NCBI GenBank assembly: GCA_965371625.1
Contig: CBDUZE010000021.1
Span: 1,725 to 65,724 of the forward strand
Source of the DNA: an uncultured Alphaproteobacteria bacterium
Lineage (GTDB): Bacteria > Pseudomonadota > Alphaproteobacteria > CBDUZE01
Direction: 5' to 3'
DNA: 64,000 nucleotides
In this document: in pieces, positions 33,162-41,700 of the stretch
How the letters are laid out: each line of letters starts with the position of its first letter
How positions within the stretch are numbered: the first letter of the stretch is position 1
Position numbers and translations under genes: made by a program
The notes under the pieces: model-generated
Database searches by the model: none
What the model was told of the DNA's origin: nothing
What the model saw: only the letters and a program-made list of their open reading frames with translations

Positions 33162-33307
33162 AGCGATTCCGCATCGATCGGAACCGCTCTCGAATCTTTT
33201 CGCTCACGGCAGCGGACCTGAAGGTCCGCGCCTGCGCGGGCGCGCCGGACGACCGGCGGGCCGCAGTCGCGGCCTGAGAGCGATTCCAGACCACCTGGAA
33301 TCGCTCT
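33160..33307 (+). repeat. 148-nt double-hairpin intergenic element, copy A (MITE/REP-like)
   Basis: The first hairpin is AGAGCGATTCCG-N7-CGGAACCGCTCT. An 86-nt GC-rich core follows, then the second hairpin AGAGCGATTCCA-N7-TGGAATCGCTCT. It is the reverse complement of 43987-44134. Confidence 0.85.
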
Positions 33308-33320
33308 AGGAGAGCGGGCG

Positions 33321-34730
33321 TCAGAGGGGCGGGCGCCGCTCGGCCCAGGGGCGGCGGCGCTCCAGTGCCGCGCCGATCCCGAGCACGCCCGGGTCGTCGA
33401 ACCGGCGCCCGACGATCTGCAGGGCGGTGGGCAAGCCGGCCGCGGTGACGCCCGAGGGCACCGAGAGCGCCGGGCACTGGGCCACGAAGTTGAACGGCGA
33501 GGTCATGTCGAGGCCGTGGTAGCGCCCGTCGTCGTCGCCGTAGTCGCTGTCGCTCATGCCGTGGGGCTGGGGCGGCAGGGCCATGGTCGGGCAGAGCAGG
33601 GCGTCGACGCGCTCGAACACCGCCGCCAGCCGCTGCCAGTGCTCGGTGCGCACGAACTCGAGGCGCTTGAAGTCGACCGCGCCCATGGCCAAGCCGGCCT
33701 CCATCAGCGCCACTACGTTGGGGTCCATCTGGTCGCGCCAGTCCTCGAGCACGTGGCCCAGGCAGGCGGCGAGATAGACCCCCCAATAGGCGAACCAGGC
33801 GTCGTTGATGGCGCGGCTCCAGCCCAGCTCGACCTCCTCGACATGGGCGCCCGCCGCCGCCAGCGCCGCGGCGGCGGCGCGGGTGTTGGCCTCGACCTCG
33901 GGGTCGACCCAGTAGTAGCCGAGGTCGACGCTCAAGCCCAGCCTGAGGCCTTCGACGTCGGCCGGCGGCGGCAGCGCCATCTCGAGCGCCGGCGTCAGCG
34001 ACTGGATGTCGCGCTCGTCCGGTCCCTGGCACACGGCGAGGAAGAGCGCGGCGTCGGCGACGGTGCGGGCGAGCGGCCCGAAATGGGAGATCGAATCGAA
34101 CACCGTCGGCAGGATGTCCATCGGGATCCGCCCCAGGCTGGGCTTGAGGCCGACGAGGCCGCAGAAGGCGGCCGGGATGCGCACCGAGCCGCCCATGTCG
34201 CTGCCCTCGGCAAGCGGCACGCAGCCCGAGGCCACCGCCGCGGCTGAGCCGCCCGAGGAGCCCCCCGGGGTCAGCCCCGGATCCCAGGGATTGCGGGTGA
34301 TGCCCCAGAGCGGGCTCTGGGTGAAGCTGTCGTAGGCGAACTCGGGCGTCGTGGTCTTGCCCACCATGATGGCCCCGGCGGCGCGCAGGCGCTCGACGAT
34401 CAGGGCGTCGCGCTCCGGCACCCAGTGCTCGAAGGCCTTGGAGCCCCGCGTCGTGGTCTTGCCGCGGGTCGGGGTGAAGTCCTTGATGGCGATGGGGATG
34501 CCGTGAAGCGGCCCTAACGCCGCGCCCGAGGCCAGCGCCGCTTGCGCCGCGCGCGCCTCCGCGCGCGCCTCGTCGGGGTAGGTGAAGCAGAAACAGTTGA
34601 GCACGGGGTTGACCGCCTCGATGCGGGCGAGGCAGTTGTCCATGAGCTCGACGGGCGACAGCTCGCGGGCGCGGATGAGCCGGGCGAGCTCGGTGGCCGG
34701 GGTATATGCGAGGTCGAGGTCGGCCGCCAT
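33321..34730 (-). CDS. amidase (amidase-signature family)
   Basis: The amidase-signature (AS) sequence is GGSSGGSAAAVASG. LHGIPIAIKD and the Ser-cisSer-Lys context are present. The start was set at the ATG at 34730 (MAADLDLAY). Confidence 0.85.
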   Translation of the reverse strand: MAADLDLAYTPATELARLIRARELSPVELMDNCLARIEAVNPVLNCFCFTYPDEARAEARAAQAALASGAALGPLHGIPIAIKDFTPTRGKTTTRGSKAFEHWVPERDALIVERLRAAGAIMVGKTTTPEFAYDSFTQSPLWGITRNPWDPGLTPGGSSGGSAAAVASGCVPLAEGSDMGGSVRIPAAFCGLVGLKPSLGRIPMDILPTVFDSISHFGPLARTVADAALFLAVCQGPDERDIQSLTPALEMALPPPADVEGLRLGLSVDLGYYWVDPEVEANTRAAAAALAAAGAHVEEVELGWSRAINDAWFAYWGVYLAACLGHVLEDWRDQMDPNVVALMEAGLAMGAVDFKRLEFVRTEHWQRLAAVFERVDALLCPTMALPPQPHGMSDSDYGDDDGRYHGLDMTSPFNFVAQCPALSVPSGVTAAGLPTALQIVGRRFDDPGVLGIGAALERRRPWAERRPPL

Positions 34731-34783
34731 TGCCTGCTCCGCGGGATCGCGAGCGCCATCTTCCCTTCCCGCCTTGCCCGGGG

Positions 34784-35590
34784 TCAAGCGGGCGGCGCGC
34801 CTGCGCGCAGATAGCGCCGCGGGCTCTGGCCCATCTCGCGCTTGAACATGGCAATGAAGGCGCTGGGGCTGGCGTAGCCGAGATCGAGGGCCACCGAGGT
34901 CACCGGCTCGAGCGCCGCCAGCCGCTCGAGCGCCGCCAGCAGCCGCCGCTTGCCGCGCCACTCGCGGAAGGTCATGCCGGTCTGGGCCCGGAACAGGCGC
35001 GCCAGGGTGCGTCCGCTGGCGCCCGCCCGCGACCCCCACTCGGCCAGCGTGCGGTTGTCCCCGGGACGGTCGAGCAAGCTCGAGGTGACGACCGAGAGGC
35101 GGCGGTCGCTGGGCACCGGGAGGTCGAGCGGCGCCGCCTCCAGCGCCCCGAGCCGGTCGAGCAAGACCGCCACCAGGCGGCCCTCGGGCCCGTCCTCGTC
35201 GTAAAGCAGCGGCAGCCGCGCGACCTCGAGGATGAGCTCACGCAGAAACGGCGGCACCGCGACCACCCGACACGCGGTGGCCAGGCCACGCGCCGCCCGG
35301 GGCGCCACGTAGAGCGTCCGCAGCTCGAGCGCCGTGACCGCCTTGACCTCGTGCCAGGTGTCGACCGGCATCCACACCGCGAACCCGGGCGGCACCACCC
35401 AGGCCCGCGCTTCGGCACGCACCGTCATCAGGCCCTCGCCGGCGTGGATGAGCTGGGCCCGCGGGTGGCGGTGCGGGGCCAGGAGCTCACCGGCCGGATA
35501 GTCCGTCGACAGCGCGACCACGGGCCGGGCCGCGTCCTGGATCGCGTCGGCGCTCAATCGTTTCGTGATCATTTGGCGTTTCGTGGTCAT
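34784..35590 (-). CDS. AraC family transcriptional regulator with N-terminal cupin domain
   Basis: The cupin region reads LAPHRHPRAQLIHAGEGLMTV. The C-terminal dual HTH reads LAEWGSRAGASGRTLARLF...VALDLGYASPSAFIAMFKREMGQSPRRY. Start candidates are 35590 and 35572. Confidence 0.85.
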   Translation of the reverse strand: MTTKRQMITKRLSADAIQDAARPVVALSTDYPAGELLAPHRHPRAQLIHAGEGLMTVRAEARAWVVPPGFAVWMPVDTWHEVKAVTALELRTLYVAPRAARGLATACRVVAVPPFLRELILEVARLPLLYDEDGPEGRLVAVLLDRLGALEAAPLDLPVPSDRRLSVVTSSLLDRPGDNRTLAEWGSRAGASGRTLARLFRAQTGMTFREWRGKRRLLAALERLAALEPVTSVALDLGYASPSAFIAMFKREMGQSPRRYLRAGAPPA

Positions 35591-35708
35591 TTGTCCGTTA
35601 GCCGATATTTCTTGGCATGATAGCGTGAGACAGCAAGGCCGGAGAAGGCTCGAATGCGGGCGAGGCCTCTCCGCGGCTCTCGTGTCGCCGACCGAGCGCC
35701 CGGCTCCG

Positions 35709-35829
35709 ACCTCGTTTCGGCCTCGTATCGACTCTGTATCGACCTCGTTTCGGCGCCGTATCGACCCTGTATCGACCTCGTTTCGACTCTGTATCGACCT
35801 CGTTTCGACTCTGTATCGACCATGTCCCG
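35709..35829. repeat. tandem array of 11 x 11-nt units (consensus ACCTCGTWTCG)
   Basis: The eleven head-to-tail units were read directly from the sequence. There is an exact 22-nt duplication (35775-35796 = 35797-35818). The last unit contains the MFS ATG. Confidence 0.9.
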
Positions 35830-37027
35830 AACCCGCCTTCGCTTCCTCTTCCTCAACCTGGGTCACACCTTCGACCACCTGTTCATGCTGCTGTTCGCCA
35901 CCGTAGTGCTGGCGCTCGAGGACGAGCTCGGCGGCAGCTACTCCGAGTTGCTCGCGCTCTCGATCCCCGGCTTCATCGCCTTTGCCGCCGGCACCCTGCC
36001 CGCGGGCTGGCTCGGCGACCGCTGGAGCCGGACCGGCATGATGGCGCTGTTCTTCCTCGGCGTCGGCGCCGCCTCGGTGCTCACCGGGCTCGCCCGCTCG
36101 CGCCTCGAGATCGCGGCCGGGCTCACCCTGATCGGGCTCTTCGCCTCGATCTACCATCCCGTCGGCATCGCCATGGTGGTCGAGGGGCGCGACAAGGTCG
36201 GGCGGCTCTTGGGCATCAACGGGGTGTTCGGCAACATCGGCGTCGCCGCCGCGGCCCTGGTGGCGGGCTGGCTCACCGACCTGGTAAGCTGGCGCGCCGC
36301 CTTCATCGTCCCGGGGCTGGTGGCGCTGGCGACCGGCCTCGCCTACATCGCCTTCTTCGGCTACGGCAGGTCGCCGGCGCCCGCGCGCCCGGTCCCGGCC
36401 GGGCCCCGGGCGGCGCCGCGCCGCGGACCCCAGTACGTGAGGGTGTTCGTGGTGATCGGGGTGGCGACCTTGTTCGGCGGCCTGATCTTCAACGTCGCCA
36501 CCGTGGCGCTGCCCAAGATGCTCGACGAGCGGCTCATCCGCATGGCCTCGTCGACGCGGGAGATCGGCAGCCTCGCGGCGCTCATTTACGGCGCCGCGGC
36601 GCTGGCCCAGGTGGTGGTCGGCGTGCTCATCGACCGCTTCCCGATCAAGCCCGTGTTCGTGCTTTTGGTCTTCGCGCAAGTTCCGGTCATGGTGCTCGCG
36701 GCCGGCGCCCACGACAGCGCGATGGTGGCCCTTTCGCTCGTTATGCTGGTGCTGATCTTCGGCGAGATCCCGATCCACGACACCCTGGTGGCGCGCTACA
36801 CCGTCGAGGCCTGGCGCTCGCGGGTCTATGCCGTGAAGTACGTCCTCTCGTTCGGCGTTAGCGCGCTGGGGGTGCCGCTGATCGCGACGCTCCACGGCAC
36901 CAGCGGCGGCTTTGCCTGGCTCTTGCTCGCGATGGCGGGCTTTGCCGTGATCATCGGCATCGCCGCCCTGTCGCTGCCCGGGAAGCAGCATCCGACCCCC
37001 GGTTCGGTGCCGGCGGGGCCCTCTTAA
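35822..37027 (+). CDS. MFS transporter
   Basis: There are about 12 TM segments and an MFS loop motif (GWLGDRWSRTG). I chose the ATG at 35822. The ORF maximum from 35654 would translate the repeat array. Confidence 0.8.
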   Translation: MSRTRLRFLFLNLGHTFDHLFMLLFATVVLALEDELGGSYSELLALSIPGFIAFAAGTLPAGWLGDRWSRTGMMALFFLGVGAASVLTGLARSRLEIAAGLTLIGLFASIYHPVGIAMVVEGRDKVGRLLGINGVFGNIGVAAAALVAGWLTDLVSWRAAFIVPGLVALATGLAYIAFFGYGRSPAPARPVPAGPRAAPRRGPQYVRVFVVIGVATLFGGLIFNVATVALPKMLDERLIRMASSTREIGSLAALIYGAAALAQVVVGVLIDRFPIKPVFVLLVFAQVPVMVLAAGAHDSAMVALSLVMLVLIFGEIPIHDTLVARYTVEAWRSRVYAVKYVLSFGVSALGVPLIATLHGTSGGFAWLLLAMAGFAVIIGIAALSLPGKQHPTPGSVPAGPS

Positions 37028-37108
37028 GGGCGCGTTGACAGGGCTCGCGGGCGCGACTATCACTCCGCCGCCCAGCGACCCCCTCCTCTCCAGGACTTCG
37101 ACCTGCCC

Positions 37109-37561
37109 ATGACCGCGACCGCTTTGCCCGGCACCGCCGGCCTCGACCTCGAGCGCGCCGAGAGCTTTCCCCACTGGACCCACGAGGTGCTGCGCTTCTC
37201 GGACACCGATGCCTTCGGCCACATCAACAACGGCGCCTACGCGAGTTGCTTCGAGAACGCCCGCATCAAGCTCACGCGCCGCATCGGACGCGATGCCGCG
37301 GAGGGCGAGGTCGATTGGGTACTGGCCAGGCTCTGCATCGACTACCGCGCCCAGCTCTTCTATCCCGGCGAGGTCGAGGTGGGCACGCGCCTGACCCGGG
37401 TCGGGCGCGCCTCCCTGTCCATCGTCCAGGGCCTGTTCGCCGCCGGCACCTGCCGCGGCAGCGCGAGCGCGGTACTGGTGCTGATCGATGTTCCGAGCGG
37501 CGCCTCGGCGCCGATCCCCGAGACCATGCGCGCGCGCCTCGCCCCCCTCATGGAGGGCTGA
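37109..37561 (+). CDS. acyl-CoA thioesterase (hotdog fold, 4HBT/YbgC-like)
   Basis: The catalytic Asp region reads VLRFSDTDAFGHINNGAY. The size and pattern are typical of the family. Confidence 0.75.
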   Translation: MTATALPGTAGLDLERAESFPHWTHEVLRFSDTDAFGHINNGAYASCFENARIKLTRRIGRDAAEGEVDWVLARLCIDYRAQLFYPGEVEVGTRLTRVGRASLSIVQGLFAAGTCRGSASAVLVLIDVPSGASAPIPETMRARLAPLMEG

Positions 37562-37748
37562 GCTCTCGCCATCGCGGTACCGGCGGCGGCGTGCCAGAGC
37601 TCGCGTAGTCCGTTGCCCACCGGTCATCGAGGATTTCTTGAACCGGATCGTAAGGGATAAGCTTGCCGGTCGAAATACTGCTATGGCTATGCAGATTGTC
37701 TATGTTAGCCTGAAACTGCTAAAGAAGACGGTTAGAAAGGTATAGACA

Positions 37749-38408
37749 ATGGCGATTTTAACACGCGCTACCATATCCGCAGTTCTGATGCTCGTCGTTT
37801 CGGGTGCAGCGACCGCAGCACCGGCATATGAACTTAGCGTCAAGGCTCGCAATTTAAGTTCTACCAAAGTTGAGCTTACAATTACTACGAACACCCCGTT
37901 GCCTGTTGAGGTCATGGCCAGTATCGATCTTGTCGATCAACGCCCCGATGAAACATACATTGGTTAAACAAAGAGGTTGCGTCTTGCGTTGCCGGTAACC
38001 GTTCACGTACTTGATACGTCCCAGGCTCGGGAGCCATTGCCTTCGGGTAATTACGAAGCGGTTGTCTCATTCTATCAGCGGTGGGGCGCAAAAAACGGAA
38101 ATCCAGCCGCAGCGTCTATTCCAGACATGGAGGCGAAGCAGCTTATTGCGTTTAAGGGAAACGGTGAAACTGCTGATCTCGTTCGCTCACGCAACGAAAA
38201 GCAAAATTGGGTCATGGAGAATTTCGTAATGAACTCTCCATGGAACGAGCGGTATTACATCGAACGGATTGGTAATTATGAGAAAACAAAGGCGACTTTG
38301 TCGCACTTGCACGATGCGTATTATTTTCCTAGAGCTGACATAACACTACTCGTCAATCGTCTAAGGAACGATGTAACGGTCTGGCGGCTTGGGAGAGCGT
38401 CCAAGTAG
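37749..38408 (+). pseudogene. orphan secreted protein gene in an AT-rich islet, interrupted by an in-frame TAA
   Basis: The signal peptide MAILTRATISAVLMLVVSGAATAAPA starts the ORF 37749-37964. A TAA lies at 37965-37967. The same frame continues to 38408 (...NSPWNERYYIERIG...). I recognise no family. Confidence 0.5.
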
Positions 38409-38765
38409 AAAACGACGACTTACGCAAGAGAGAAAGACGTCGATATCCAAGTTATTTCTGGAAAGATGTTAGGGTTGACGATCCCTGTGAGGGCTTCTTT
38501 CTAAACAACACAGCCGCCATCACCGACCAGGGCCGGGGCATCATCGGCGCCCCCGCGACCAGCACCGCCGGCGTAAAGTCCTTGGGCTTCGCGGTCCGCG
38601 GCCACCACGATCAGGCAATGGCGCGCCAGTGCTTGCGCCGCCCGCCCCTCGGCGCCATGTTAACGGTTTCGGGCGCCGCTCGCGGCGCCGCCGATGGCTG
38701 CGAATTCCGGCGCGGACCGAAGCGCCCAGACCGAAGCGCGCCATCCGCCCGCGGGGAGAGACCAG

Positions 38766-41700
38766 ATGCGGAAGATCGTCCTGATCGTGGTCGCCGCGAT
38801 CGTCTTGCTGATCGTCGCGGCGCCGTTCCTGATCCCGGTCATCGTCGACCTCAACGACTACAAGCCGAGGATCGCCGAGGCGGTGCGCGAGGCCACCGGA
38901 CGCGACCTCGAGATCGGCGGCGAGATCAGCTACGCCCTGCTTCCCGCGATCGAGTTCAGCGTCAGCGAGGTGCGCCTTTCGAACGCGCCCGGCATGCCGA
39001 CGCCCGAGATGTTGAGCCTCGGGAGCCTGCGCGCCAAGATCGCCCTGTGGCCGCTCATCAGCCGCGAGGTGGTGATCGAGAGCCTGGTTATCGAGGAGCT
39101 CTCGCTGTTCCTCGAGGTAGCTGAGGACGGGCGTCAGAACTGGGTCTTCGAGGCCGCGGACGAGACCGAGGGCGGGCTGCCCGAGATCAACGACCTCCGC
39201 CTCGGCGACGTGCGCCTCGAGCGCGGCCTGGTCTCCTACATCGACAGCCGCAGCGGTCAGGCGGTCCAGGCCCGGGACATCAACGTCACCGTGGCCCTGG
39301 CCGATATCGCCAGCGCCCTCACCGTGAAGGTCCGCGCCACCGTCAACGACGAAGCGGTGATCGCCGATCTCAGCGTCGACTCCCCGGCCAAGGTGCTGTC
39401 GCGCGAGCGCTTCGCGGTCACCGCGGCACTCCGCTCCGAGCGCCTCTCGGCGGGCCTCGATGGGACCGTCCAGCAAGCGCCGGTGCCGGGCTTCGACGGC
39501 GCCCTCTCCCTCGACATCGACTCGGTCGGGGAACTGATGGCCTGGCTCGAGCAGCCCCTCGACCCCTCGCAACCCGATCCCGGTCGCCTCCGGGTGCGGG
39601 CGCGGCTCGTCGCCGACGGCGCCCGGGTGGCGCTCGAGGAGGCGACCATCGAGGGCGAGGCGCTCGAGGCCAGGGCGAGCGGCAGCTTCGACGGCTCGGG
39701 CGAGATCGCGGTGGTCATGCTCGAGGTCGAGAGCGGCGTGCTCGACATCGACCGTTATCTGCCGCCGCCCGTGGACGAAGCGCCGGCGGCGCCTGAGGCC
39801 GCTCCGGCCGAGGCCGATAACGCTCCGCCGGCCAATCCGTTGGCGGCGCTCTCGGACCAGCCCTTGGACCTGAGTCCGCTGCGCCAGACCAAGGCCGATG
39901 TGAAGATCAACATCGGCGGGGTCAAGGCGGCGGGGTTCGAGATCGGGCGCGTGGCGCTCTCCCTCGCGCTCGATGGCGGCGTGCTCGAGGCCGATCTCAC
40001 CGAGCTCGGCCTCTACGGCGGCAAGGTCACGGGCAGCGTTCGCCTCGACGGCTCGGGCAAGGCGCTTGGCGCCGCCGTCGATCTTAGCGTCAAGGCGGTC
40101 GACGTCGGCCGACTGGCGCGCGCCGCCAGCGCCGAGGCGCCGGTGGCCGGCGTCGCCTCCGGCACTCTCAAGGCCGCGGCCACGGGCACCAGCCCGCGGG
40201 CGCTGGCCGAGGCGATGACGGCGCGCCTGGTCTTCGACCTCGGCGGCATCGACATCAAGGACGCCCCCGCCGGCGCCATCTCGGGCCTCGCCGTCGACCT
40301 CGACCTACCGGGCCTCGACAGGCCGATGACGCTCAAGGGCTCGGTGGTCTACAACAAGCAGAAGGTCGACCTCGACCTCACCCTCGATCCCTTGAAGCAG
40401 GTCCTCTCGGCCGATCGCTTCGGCGTCGCCGCGGGCGTCAAGTCGCGCTTGCTCTCGGCCGCCTACAAGGGTGACGTGCTGCGGCGCCCGGCGCCGGGCC
40501 TCGACGGCGCCCTCGACCTCGACGTGGCCTCGGTGGGGCGGCTGGCGGCGTGGCTGGGCCAGCCGCTCGACGCCGGGCAGCCCGACCCGGGACCCTTGAC
40601 GGTACGGGCGCGGTTCGCCACCGAAGGCGCTCGGGTGGTGCTCGAGGAGGCGACCATCGCAGGCACCGCGCTCGAGGTCCGGGCCAGCGGCAGCTTCGAG
40701 AAGGGCGACGAGGTCGACAAGGTCGTCCTCAACCTGCAGACCGGCGTGCTCGACATCGACCGCTATCTGCCGCCCCCCGCGCCGCTCGAGGCGGCGCCGG
40801 CCGAGCCCGAGGCGGTGCCGGCGGGCGATCTCCTGGCCGCCTTGTCGGACCAGCCCTTGGACCTCGGCGCCCTCAGGCGCACCGAGGCCGAGGTGCGAGC
40901 CGGCATCGCCGGCCTCAAGGTCATGGGCTACGAGGTCGGCGAGCTCCAGTTCGCGGCCCGGCTCAAGGGCGGAAAGCTCGCCGCCGACCTTGCGAAACTG
41001 GTGCTCTACGGCGGCAGCGTCGCCGGCAAGGTGCGGCTCGACGCCACGGGCGAGATCCTCGGCGCCGCGCTGGATCTCGAGCTCAAGGGGGTCGACGTGG
41101 GCGCCCTGGCGCGTGCCGCCATGGGCGATGAAGCTCCGCTGGCCGGGGTCGCCTCCGGCACCTTGAGCGCCACCACCGGCGGCAGGAGCCCGCGGGCCCT
41201 GGCCGAGGGGCTCAAGGGCAAGCTCGCCTTCGAGCTCGGTGCCATCGACGTCAAGGACGCGCCCGTGGGCGCCATCTCAGAGCTCGTGGTGGCGCTCGAC
41301 TTTCCGGGCCTCGAGGCGCCGCCGAGCTTGAAGGGCAGCGTCACCTACAACCAGGAACGGGTGGCCTTCGACCTGACGTTGGACCCGCTCAAGAAGGTCC
41401 TCGGTGGCGAGCGTTTCGCGCTCAAGGCGGCGCTGGCCTCGAACCTGATCAACGTCGCTTACGACGGCAGCGTGCAGCAGCGCCCGACGCCGGGGCTCGA
41501 CGGCGCGCTCGACCTCGACGTGGCCTCGGTGGGCCGGTTGGCGGCCTGGCTGGGCCAGCCGCTCGATCCCGCGCAGCCCGATCCCGGACCCTTGAAGGTG
41601 CGGGCGAGGTTCGCCACCGAGGGCGCCAGGGCGACGCTCGAGCAAGCGACCATCGCCGGCAAGGCGGTGAGGGCGAGCCTCCAGGGGAGCTTCGACTCGA

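Noticed and set aside
35654-35821. An upstream start that would make the MFS protein 457 aa, with a repeat-encoded N-terminal extension.
   Set aside because: The extension is Arg/Ser/Cys-rich with no signal or TM character. The MFS homology pattern begins at MSRTRLRFLFLNLGH (ATG at 35822). I keep it only as an alternative to be tested.
35709-35829. Possibility that the repeat array is a CRISPR array or a REP cluster.
   Set aside because: The units are only 11 nt long and directly contiguous, with no spacers, no leader and no cas genes. There is no palindromic REP structure. It is a simple tandem array.
34784-37627. A 947-aa ORF on the minus strand. Similar very long ORFs occur at 56900-59740(-), 28059-30569(-), 61276-63576(-), 8274-9722(+), 23837-25879(+), 16830-18608(+) and 26722-28227(-).
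   Set aside because: In G+C-rich DNA, frames antisense or out of phase to real genes stay open by chance. These translations are Arg/Gly/Pro/Ala-rich with no motifs. The overlapping frames encode clearly recognisable proteins (MFS, SpoT, EF-G, Era/Rnc, HK, UvrB, UvrC, aminotransferase). Only the last 269 codons of 34784-37627 (the AraC regulator) are real.
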